Source: Albugo candida
Taxonomy: Eukaryota
Direction of reading: 5' to 3'
Length of the DNA stretch: 64,000 bases
Assembly: GCA_040437565.1 (NCBI GenBank)
Contig: JBDOQK010000074.1
Coordinates: forward strand, 62,001-126,000
Notes under the pieces: generated by a model
Database searches by the model: none
The model's input: only the letters and a program-made list of their open reading frames with translations
What the model was told of the DNA's origin: nothing
In this document: piece by piece, positions 39,904 through 50,934 of the stretch
How the letters are laid out: the number at the start of each line of letters is the position of its first letter
Numbering within the stretch: position 1 is the first letter of the stretch
Program-made: the position numbers and the translations under genes

Positions 39904-40855
39904 GGGATCCGCTAACGACCCATCACTTTTTGCTAACGACCCATCATCCCCATATTTCCAGCTAATCACAGACCTCTAGTGGCTTTCCAGGGCAGTCGCG
40001 ATATAGTATTTTTTTTAGAATACAAAATAACTCACCTTTGCCAAGTTCATAGCTGCCATCTTCTTGCCATCTTCTTTCCAACTTCCGATCTCCACTCATA
40101 TCAGTCTTTGTCAGCCTTATCATATCAACGATGAACCCCCTTGACCTTNNNNNNNNNNNNNNNNNNNNNNNNNNNNNNNNNNNNNNNNNNNNNNNNNNNN
40201 NNNNNNNNNNNNNNNNNNNNNNNNNNNNNNNNNNNNNNNNNNNNNNNNATGAATCCATTGACGCAGATCTGCAGAGAACTCGTAATGAATGCAATGAAGC
40301 ATCACAATTCCACCACCAGATGATTCGTGACCACCTTGCAACACTACCTGATACCACAGTAATCAACCCTGTTGTAATCCAAGCTCGTGGCCGACCTGCT
40401 AGTTCGCTAAACAGGAGGATCCCTACATCATCCACGCAGAAGGAACCCTCACAGTTTGAGCATGCTGAAGCATCTTTACAGCGACAAAGAAGATGCGGAA
40501 ACTGTCGCTAGATTGGCCACAACCAAAGGAGTTGTCAGAATCTAATAGTAGCACCTGCATCGGCAGCACTACCACCAGCTGGAAATCTTGCAGCGCTTGG
40601 CGCTGCTGACGAGTGGAAGTACCCAGCTGGCTCACAGATGCCTGGGATCACATCTGAGTCCATAGAATTATATCTCTTTCAAAAATCTACTATCTATTTA
40701 TCTAGAATAGGCTTGAATTTCATCAATCCACGTTGCTTTGCAATTAAAAATTACTGTATCGCGACTTCCCTGGAAAGCCACTGGAGGTCTGTGATTGGCG
40801 GAAATATGGGGGTGATGGGTAATTAGCAAAAAGTGATGGGTCGTTAGCGGATCCC
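39904..40855 (+). mobile_element. MULE I (internally deleted or gapped)
   Basis: TIRs of about 110 bp start GGGATCCGCTAACGACCCATCAC, with flanks ttttttat / tttcttat. C-terminal remnant ARGRP..STQKEPSQFEH..CGNCR*IGHNQRSC. Confidence 0.85.
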
Positions 40856-41965
40856 TTTCTTATTTATTTATCAAATTGGTATTTTTTTTATATAATCTCT
40901 TTATTAAATCCCTTGATTTCGTGGTTTTTGATAGCAATAATATATTTATGAGCGTTACTATCCAGAACCTATTGTATAGTACAGCAGTATTATCACTCAT
41001 GACATGTACTGGAGTTCATGTAAGCGAGAGTTGTAGAATAAGCTCAAGTAAAAAAAATCGCGCGGGAAATATTTGCTTTTGTATCTTGAGGAGTACTATC
41101 TTGAAAGTCACATGAAGTAATCAGCTTGACCAAGATGGACTTAGCTAGATAATGTGCGTGACTGAAATGAGGAAAGCCTCTGCGTTATAAAGTTTTCCCA
41201 AACAAAATATTTAGATGGTGCTCAAATCTCGAGATGAATACATGGTGGTCGTCGAGGTACACCCTCATCTCTTATACATTTGTAGCATGAAATTTGAGCA
41301 TTTTCTCTGCACTTTACGTCCTACTTACCTATTCATAGCGCTTCTGAGCTCTCGCCAATGAGGCAGTAAAATGTGAGTCAATCAAATCCTCGCCCATTAA
41401 GAGCAGTCTTGAGTCGCATTGCATAGGGAATAATTTAGTCTAACATTTAGTAAGCGATTGGCAACGATCTCACATAACTTTCCTTAGAAATAATGGGACC
41501 CTTCATCTCTTTTCTTGTAGAAGCATGGAAGCTTCTTGTCATCCGTAAGCGGTGCGCGTGTTTTTTACAAGAAATATCATGCACTTAAGTAAATAGAATC
41601 ATAAAGATATCATCAAGCGGTAGGGCCATTCTAGTATGGTAGCGCGAACGCTGAGGAGATTAAGTAGCCACTAGTTGACAAGTTGAAATTGGTGACTGCG
41701 ATGAGTGTTTAAAATCGTGATCATAGCCACGTGGTGGCAGCGGATATTGCCTGATTAATTGAAACCTTACATCAAAACGTCGGAATCGTCTCAGCGAGAT
41801 TTATTGTGTGCGTATGCCTTCTGGTATAATGAAGAACAATAAAAGTGTATCAAATTTGTCAATCCACTGGGCAAAATTATCAGATCTCAGAAATTTTTTT
41901 ATCTTGAGGGCGAATATCATTGGATTCGCAGCAACTAAAGACTTATTTGCTTTGAGTCGTTGAAA

Positions 41966-42003
41966 CAAAATCAAAATCAAAATCAAAATCAAAATCAAAA
42001 TCA
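41966..42003. repeat. (CAAAAT)6 microsatellite
   Basis: Read directly. Confidence 0.85.
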
Positions 42004-43025
42004 TTTTTTTTATCCACTCCGGATCGAGCAAACATCCATCACGGCCACCTATAATTGCATAGAAGATTTAACGTGTCTAATATCATTACTTTTTATCTTT
42101 CACTATCGAGGACCAGAATTCTAATTTAGATAATCAATCCGAAGAACACTCAGTTACGATTTCTCCCTGATCTCACCATCTGCAGAAATTTTAGCTGTTT
42201 ACATTATGCCAGTGAACGATTCCACTATTATGACATATATCAATCATATTGAAGCGGATTGCATTTGTTGTGTATTTAATCATTACTTGATTCCATGGTA
42301 AACGAATTGGATAGAACTAAAACGGGTAGACAAAGCAGAAAAGTCAGTCTGGTCGTGACGTGATTTACTCTCGAGATAATTGCAGGCTACGCTATTGAAG
42401 AAGCCTTCCTGGATACACAAAGAGCAACGATTCCAGAATGCTCTGATGCGTTGCTTCTATCGCGATAATTATATGTGTGACGATGCTATATATAGAGGTG
42501 ATGGGCGCAGCTAAGAATAACTAGACAGTATGTAGCAAAGACATTTCGGAGCTGTAGATGTGATGAATGTCAGCGCTGTTCGCTGACAGTATGTATCGAC
42601 AATTCGATAAAATTGTACCTGAACCATGTCACTCCAATCGCAAGACTAAGTTACGCGCGACCAGCCTGTGCAGTTTTCGATCTCTTGACTATGACAACGA
42701 TCGCAGGAGCTAAGAAAAGCGTTAAACTTGGCTTTTTTGCCGCTCCATATGTGTATTATGAGCATTAAGATCGTCTGATCTTTTGTACTCGAAGCCACTA
42801 TCCTATGCGAGATTATTTGCTCACCCAATGAGATACCCTTGAAGACCGAATATGCACCTACAAAAGTGCTAACTGACACAGCTTTAGCCACTTTGACTTT
42901 TTGCCAAGAAATAATTGCACGGATTCACATAAATCCATTTTCCAAATTGGTCAAGTCAACTTTACTAGAACTCCTATATCCTGATGTCATGTTGCGCCAT
43001 GCTAGAAGTATATAAAGTTTCGGGT

Positions 43026-43484
43026 TCAACGTAATCGCTTCTGCATCTTGATGTGATCAGCATCCTCTTCCTTAAAAATATTTCCAACGCATATGTAGCC
43101 ACATTTTTCATAAAATTCCTTTGCGTAGTACTGGGAGTGCAACGTTAACATGTCAACTTCAGATTCAAGGATTTTTTCCATTTCCTGCAATAATTGCCTT
43201 CCAAAACCTTTACCACGATGCAAATGAGATACAGCAAACCGACCAATTTTGCCGACATTATGCGCTTTCGAGTGTGTTCTCATTAGAACACATCGCGCTG
43301 TAGCTATTGGCTCATCCGATAGATAACCAAGAAAATATTTTGTTTTAGGTGAATCATCATATTCGTCTATCTCAGAGGAGGCAGAAAAGTTTTGCTCCAG
43401 TACAAAAACTTCAAATCGAAGAGCTTTGACACGGCAAAATTCTTCTTTAGTGTTCGCCTGAATGACGCGTAACGCTCCAGCCAT
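43026..43484 (-). CDS. GNAT acetyltransferase, ElaA/YjcF-like
   Basis: Intact intronless 152-aa ORF with LRFEVFVLEQ, DEYD, IATAR, KIGRFAV, the acetyl-CoA loop RGKGFG, LHSQ..A.EFYEK.GY and H..M. Confidence 0.9.
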   Translation of the reverse strand: MAGALRVIQANTKEEFCRVKALRFEVFVLEQNFSASSEIDEYDDSPKTKYFLGYLSDEPIATARCVLMRTHSKAHNVGKIGRFAVSHLHRGKGFGRQLLQEMEKILESEVDMLTLHSQYYAKEFYEKCGYICVGNIFKEEDADHIKMQKRLR

Positions 43485-44283
43485 TTGGAGGGGTCGAATA
43501 GTAATGTGATGTATGCTACTATTTCAGAAAGAGGGTTGACTAAATTCGAATGAGGCGCAAGAACCGCATCCGAGCTTCGTTAGAATCCTCTTGTAATTTT
43601 CGAACGAGTTGATGCAATCGATTGCTGAAAGCACTGAATACGAGATGCAGTATGCTGACACGGCAATAATTGGGATATAGCAAGCCTGCGTATAAGCCGG
43701 CTTGAAGAGATATGTCGTGACCAGATGAATTATTCCATATGCGTTTCCAGACGTTACGAGTTTGATTATATAAAATAATAGACGAATCATTAGCTTCAGT
43801 TCTCAATAACACAAACGCAGATTTTTTTATTCGATAAATTACACTGACAAGTTTACAACAAGAGATACATTTGTATAGTCTCCTCTTTGTTAGCCATTAA
43901 GTAACTTAATAGTTGCATTGTAGCGAAGCAACCCTTTCGTACCTTCAAAGTTGATCTCTTAGTGTAGAAATTACTGTTTCAAAATGAAGCTCAGGGATAT
44001 GCATTCATGCATAAGTAAGGCTGGTAATCCGTAAATTTACTATGATTGTCAACTGTCTTGGTTAACTCATAACCTGTTAAGTGCTGGAGAATAGTCAGCA
44101 CTGCAGTGCCTCTCCAAATCCGGTTGACAGTACGGTTGCGTTATAGCGACCAATCAAAATGTGAAATTGGTATAATGTTCCAGATGATACTACTTAGGGA
44201 GCCGCTATGGCCACAGAAAAAAAATACTACGGCCACAGACAATTGATCTAACCAACCACAGCTCACAAATTATATTGTTGCTA

Positions 44284-47162
44284 TACTGCAAGTCACCTAT
44301 AACCTGTAGCTATTACTTTTTGCGGCCAAAATTGAAGAATCATCAAACATAAACCATCAACGAATATAATTGGCGTAAATTCAGCCCCCACAATACCATT
44401 CCAACAGCTTTTTCCCCAATCACATTTAATCTTGATACCAACCATCCTGATCATTTGTCAACAAAACACATTCCTTTTTTTCTGCCAGCCCATTGATCTG
44501 AGCAGCATGTCTTGAACATCAAAACAGCAACGTCACATGAAAGCTATGCGGGCTGCTTATGAGACGAAGAAAGCCGGAATGTATCAAGTTCAACTATCGA
44601 ATATAGAAGCGATATAAAGGCGGATTTAGAAGCTGAATTGGACGATTTTGAGGAAGAGCAAACGGACACCATTATTTTGAGCATTGAGTCTGCTTGTAAA
44701 CGGCCTTCTCGGTACCTTAAAGATTCCAACAGAAGGAAGCGGCGCAAAAGAGCAGCGCAGGAAAAAGCAGCTATTGATTCAAGAAAGCTAGAGACATACT
44801 TCAAGGCGAAAGCCACACAGCGTCAGCCTATAGACTCTGAAAGCGAGGACTCGATAGATGAAAGACCTCTTTATTCTCACAACAATCTTCAAAAAGCGCT
44901 TGTGAAACTGGGAAAACAAAATGAATCACAGAAGGAAATTATGTGGCTGCGTCTTGCTTCTGTTGCAGGATACTTCAGGCTTATACTCTGCGGCAGTGAG
45001 GTATACTTAATTAATTTGCACATTCTCTAGCTCAATTTTATTGTATTTATCAACGCTCTATCGTGATTGCAAAATAGAGAGTTGCTGCCTGGCAAATAAT
45101 TGCGGCGGCGATGGAAATGGCCGTTGGTTTGCCGAGATGCTTCGTCGCTGGGGAAGTTTATATCTTGAAACTGGTTTTATTCCCGAGAGCAAGCAGGGAA
45201 AGCATGTTAACAAAATCAGTTTATTAGAGGGTAAAGATGTCATTGCAGATGTGCAGCTTTACCTTCGAAACAATAAATTCTGCATAGCATCAACGGATTT
45301 TACCAAGCATGTCAACGAGCAAATACTTCCAAAAATTGATCCCACCGCATATCTATCCACCTCAGCACTGTGACCCGCTGGATGAAGTTACTTGGTCTAC
45401 GCTGTTCAGAGGTGAAGAAAGGTATGTACGTTGATGGCCATGAACGAGCAGATGCCGTGGCATATCGTACTCAGCTTTTGGAACAAATGAGTATCTATGA
45501 GCCATTTATGCCGGAATTTGCTGAACCGCGAATGGAATCGGAGATTTGGACTGCCAGAGATGCCATCATCCTAGTGACCCATGATAAAAGCACATTTGCC
45601 GCCCATGATGGCCAGAAGAAGCTATGGCTTCCTGATGGCGAACAGCCACCGCGGAGAAAGGGGGCTGGAAGATCGATACATGTCAGCGAATTCCTGACTG
45701 GTGTTGGTAAGTCTATTATTTTAGAGTTTTTCACTCATTACTTTGATCAAGACTTAACATTTTCTGTCTTATTCAAGGGGGTCGACTATCTTTGGGCAAA
45801 GAAAAGAAGATTCAACACAGCAATCTTTCAGAAGAGGCCTACATAGTCACATATCCCGGCAAGAACTATGATGGTTGGTGGACTGCGGAAGACCTTCATA
45901 TGCAAGTCCGGGATGCTGCAATTCCCAATTTCGATGCACAGGTTCCCAACGCAAAAACGCTCTTCGCTTTCGACAATGCGACTAGCCACGCAGCATTTGC
46001 TAAAGATGCTCTCATATCTCAACGGATGAAACTTGGACCGGGAGGAAAGCAACCGGGGATGCGGAATGGGATGTTTGGAGATGGGACATCGCAATCCATG
46101 GTATTCCCCCCAGAGCATCCTCTGGACGGACAACCAAAGGGCATAAAGATCGTCCTGTAGGAACGCAACCTCTGGACGACAAACCTTCGCCTGGATTACC
46201 GGGGTAAATGTGGGGACACAGGTAGCTGCTGTTGCCACAGTATTATTCAGAACCAGCCAGACTTTGGTGCTAAAAAAGGGTTGCTGGAAGAGTCAATCAC
46301 CACGGCGGGCCATCTCATCATATTTTACCACAAATTGTATTGCGAATTTAATTTTAAAGAAAAGTTTTGGGGGGAATCAAAACGATACGCAAGGAAAAAA
46401 TATGCGATTACACATGGAAAGGATTGGTCGCGACAGTTCCGAAAGCACTTGCCTCAGTTTCGCTCGCAAACAATTCGTCGCCATGCTAGAAAGTGCTTCC
46501 TTTATATGGATGTGTATCGGAAAGATGTAAGCGGAAGAGCCGCGGAATATAATAATAATAATAAATATGCTATGAAAACGTACCGATCACATCGAAGAGT
46601 TCCAGACTCAGTTCACACAGACAGCAATGCTTTAGTAGCTACTGTATGAAGCTGTAAGTATAATATAAAGATAATATANNNNNNNNNNNNNNNNNNNNNN
46701 NNNNNNNNNNNNNNNNNNNNNNNNNNNNNNNNNNNNNNNNNNNNNNNNNNNNNNNNNNNNNNNNNNNNNNNNNNNNNNCATCGAAGAGTTCCAGACTCAG
46801 TTCACACAGACAGCAATGCTTTAGTAGCTACTGTATGAAGCTGTAAGTATAATATAAAGATAATATATTATACTAGTACTCAACCCTAAATCCTAAACCC
46901 TAAACCCTAATTTTCCCACTGATGGAGGCCATATTTACGCTTTGATAGGAAATTCTAGTTTAATCCAGAGAAACAAGGCAACTTTCAGAGCCTTATCAAT
47001 TATCCAAGAATCATCCAATTTAAAATCCAAGCCTTCTGTTTTGAAGCTCTAGACTTTATCTATCATTTAAAATCTCCGTTTTTGTTATGCGATAATTTAT
47101 GCGTGAAGAGTAGTGAATTTACTAAGGCCTAAAAAGTTACAGGTTATAGGTGGTGTGCACTG
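44284..47162 (+). mobile_element. IS630/Tc1/mariner-superfamily transposon K (possibly Sagan-like) with decayed, intron-containing transposase
   Basis: TIRs of about 28 bp share CACCTATAACCTGTA and are flanked by TA. Motifs KKGMYVDGHER, VTHDKSTF, GKNYDGWW, FAFDNATSH, PGGKQP, QPDF and FYHKLYCEFNFKE. Intron 45707-45777 joins the frames. Confidence 0.85.
46884..46910. repeat. Interstitial telomere-like (CCCTAAA) x about 4
   Basis: ccctaaatcctaaaccctaaaccctaa read directly. Confidence 0.7.
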
Positions 47163-50100
47163 TACGTACGCCAGAACTGGCTAAGCAGCAAATGAAAATT
47201 ATACCTTTCGCGCAGCCGACCCCACATGGTGACATTTTGCAGCATATCAACTGGAAGATCTCATATTACACCCTTCGGAAAGTATTTGAACAGGTTAGTT
47301 TATGATATTCCTTTCTTCCTACGTGTTTTTCCAATCACTAAAGTTTCGCAATTGCAGCTAGAAAAAGCTTCATGTCCAACGGCAACCGGCGCGAAGCCAT
47401 GCTCTTTTACTTATATGACTAAATACTTTCAATTATAAAAATAGAATCTATATCAACAAATAATAAATAATTAAAAAAAACGATTTTTCATTTTCTCAAC
47501 AGCAACAGTCACCTTTCCAACATTCTAATCTTTAGAGTCTCTACTAATAACCTACCATATACAGATATCAGGAAAAGAACGTACCTACGCTAGAACAATA
47601 TAACAAAAGGGAGCCGCTATGGCCACAGACATTAATACTACGGCCACGGACAAAACTACTACGGCCACAGACAATTGATCTAACCAATCACAGCTTACAA
47701 AATTATATTGTTGCAAAGTACGCCAGAACTGGCGAAGCAGCAAATGAATATTATAACTTTCGCGCAGCCGACCCCACCTGGTGACATTTTTCAACATATC
47801 AACCGCAAGATCGAACATATCACATCCTTCAGAAAGTATTTGAACAGGTTAGTTTATATATACCTTTCTTCCCACGTGTTTTTCCAGTCACTTAAGTTTC
47901 GCAATGACAGCCATAAAAAAGCTTAATGTCCAGTGGCAACCGGCGCGAAGCCATGCTCTTCTACTTATATTACTAAATACTTTTAATTCTAAAAATAGAA
48001 TTTATATCAACAAAAATTAAATAATTTTAAAAAAACGATTTTTTATTTTTCTCAACAGCAACAGCCACCTTTCCAGCATCCTAATCTTTAGTCTCTAGTA
48101 TTAAGCTACCATATACAGATATCAGGAAAAAAACCGTACCTACGCTAGAACAATATAACAAAAAAGCGTAAGAAACAGAATGAGCTCTGTATAAAAGTAG
48201 ACAAGTGACCTGATTGGCGAGCGTACTTAACAACGATTAAATTTTGTGAGCTGTGATTGGTTAGATCAATTGTCTGTGGCCGCAGTATTAATGTCTGTGG
48301 CCATAGCGGCTCCAAACTACTTAATGACGAGTCCTAACTAAGTTTGAGTAGCCCATTTCATGGAGACCGCTACAAATAACCAATTCTATCCATTTAGGCC
48401 ATGTCCACGATCTGGAAGACAAGAATTGTCTTCGATCTCATGGGCAGTTGTGCTTAACTACTTGAAGCTAGGTTTATTTGTGTTAGTGAAATGTTTGACT
48501 GCTGTCTTGCAGCGATGATGGCAAGAATCGGTACATCTTAGTATTCATTTTTGTCGACTATTCCAAAACCGATAACGGCACGTAGCCTCGTCAGCGTTTG
48601 CTTGCCCAAAAACTTTGCATACTTCTCGACATAGAACACCTTAACGCGGTAAGACACGTCGCAGCGGGGTACAACGCTAACGTGTTCCACCGAGCAGAGA
48701 ACACGTAGTCTCGCCATCGTCTGCTTGGCCGAACCATCGCATACTTCTTGACGTACCAGAAGATATAATATAAATGTCTCCGCAACGGTCGTTGGCATAC
48801 TGACATCAGCAATTATGACCGATCTAACAGCTGCAACCTATGCGTACACTATTGCGTGAAGTCGGCCCGATCACTGGCTCTGGCATGATGATGGGCATAG
48901 TCTCACAGCAATTTTAACTAGGCTTGACCCGCTTACAAAATTAGATTGTCTGGGCTTCATCAATTCCTTCAAAAATATCGCGTCCGCTGATTTCTCAAAT
49001 GTATCGTCCCTACGTACTTGGTCTGGGCGTCAAATAATAGATTGTCGAATCCTGGAACCATGGTTTATTGAAATGTTGTCCCCTTAAGTGTGATTGTTGT
49101 GAATGGGTCAAATGGTTCTGGAGCACTTTATGTCTTCAATGAGAAATATGGATAAAATAAAAAGCGTGTTCGGGAGGTCAAGATCGCTATGCTAAGAAAA
49201 AATGACCATCACATAATGACCCACATATCGATGACTCAATCGACTGCCACTAAAGCTGTATTATCTACCAAAGCTGATGCACGTGTCCAAGGAAACTCGA
49301 TGCACGTGCAAAGAAAGATTTTGGAACCTCTGTCTGGTTTTTATGTGAAAGATGCCCTATATTGCACGTTTAAACAATTGAACTCCGCGTTGCCGATATA
49401 TATTTGGCTGCGCACCCAGATGTACCAGTTTCACTAATAGTTATGCAACGATGATGGTCATAGCGGATGTAATGGTTTGATGCAAATCATTTGGCTCCAT
49501 GAGTATGACTTTGTAACCTGATAGGCTCCTTTGTCAATACACAAAGGTCTACGTCACAATAAAAGTGCAAAACGCTGTGGTATGTGCATTACAGCCTCGT
49601 ATCAACACGCTGTTGCACTCCTGCGATATCACAATCTCGTATTGGAGATGTGCAAAACTGATCAACCGTAGAAAAGTCTTGACCTGCATGATGCAATGGT
49701 CGAAAGATCTCCAAAACAGAAATGGATCACTAGCTGTAGTTCGTCAATTTCGGATTGTACGCTGTTTTTTATCCGTCGCATGCCTTCATTCGTCAACATC
49801 AGGCTTCATCATAAATTTCTTTGTGTACTGACGGCACGGTCGATTGATTTTTTGCAATAGTATATATAACCACAAACCTGAGAATATAACATTAGAAGTC
49901 GGATACGTGACACTTAACCCCATGCTGTCATTACATTGTTTGTAACGTGATTTGCTTTGATGAACTTCTACAAGATACATTTGTGGAAAGTGTTTCCAAA
50001 GGGTTTGGCTTCGTGTATCTCGTAGAAGCTTGATCCCGATTCTTGGGATCATAAACGGACTGTTTCTATTTCCATAATAATTTTTACATCATGAAGTGAG

Positions 50101-50611
50101 CGCACTGACAGAGCCATTGCTGTGAGCTTCTTGCAGCGTACCGAGTCTTAACGATTTGGATATGACCGGAAAGTGCCAAAAGTGTGTTATCTTGCTGCAT
50201 TGCAATTCACCAAAGAATTAGGTATTTGTAGTGGAGACCACAAAAATTCATATTGACATCTTGTATCGATAATATAAAGTTACGGCCACCAGGAGACTTC
50301 ACTTAGCTTTCTGGATGAATCGAAAATTTGATCATGACAAAATAGCCGTCAGCGTTGTCAACCCTCCTACCTTAACCTAGAAATCGTTACAAAGAATGCA
50401 ATCGACATTTCCAAACTTATATATTCTTTGATGATAACGCTCGAAAAAGACACTCAGCATGTTTTATTACGATCGATACCGTCCCTAAACAAGTATTGCG
50501 GGAGCGTCATAAATAAAAATTGGTTAGCCTTGATACGATCAAACACACTGTGGTGGATAATGGCGGTTAAACGGAAATGAATCGGATATGTAACGTATCT
50601 GTACATCATTC

Positions 50612-50800
50612 TATTAAGAACAGTATGGTACAAGTAGATGTATGGCACAAATCAGTCTTGTTCATATCTATTGCACAATAAAGCAATGGCTGTGGGCGAA
50701 ACGTTTCTTAAGGCTTAGACTAACTAGTACGGTGAACTAACGACCTTGGGAACACAATATACATACTTTTGCTTTATACTGCTGCGTAGTGTTTCTAGAT
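50612..50800 (+). mobile_element. Diverged solo LTR related to the 55.4-kb copia LTRs
   Basis: Shares ctattg.acaataaa..ctgtgggcg..aaggcttag.cta.ctagta..gtgaactaa.gacct with 55429-55612. Flanked by the direct repeat CATTC. Confidence 0.65.
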
Positions 50801-50934
50801 CATTCTAGCCCGCTGATCAAGGGCCTCGAGTAGTCTAATCCGGAGACCACCACACACAGGAAAACCACAAAATCAGTGCACACAGAAAGCGATATTCTTG
50901 GCGCTTCCGATGAGAGAGAACGATAAACTGCTGA

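Larger units (their letters stand above)
34836..40899 (-). mobile_element. MULE B with pseudogenised MuDR-type transposase (38.1-39.8 kb); TIRs interrupted by E, H and I
   Basis: After removing E, H and I, the left arm gggattataaaaaat-ataccaatttgataaataaata-taccaaggctgtatac is the inverted copy of the right arm. Flanks tttcataa / tttattaa match 6/8. Motifs EDNWSWFL, ISDRDNGL, TSNNVEAVNS and CGICNHFDHNRKTC. Confidence 0.8.
44197..48314. mobile_element. Non-autonomous TIR element J with an internal tandem duplication and nested Tc1/mariner K
   Basis: Ends gggagccgctatggccacaga / tctgtggccatagcggctcc(a), with 9-bp flanks tactactta / aactactta. A second left end starts at 47609. Confidence 0.8.

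Noticed and set aside
47609..47672. CRISPR-like periodic repeats
   Set aside because: These are 21-bp subterminal repeats of a transposon in a eukaryotic genome, with no spacers or cas genes.
44197..48314. Chimeric transposon with MULE ends and a mariner-type transposase
   Set aside because: The transposase has its own TIRs and TA duplication, so this is a nested insertion.
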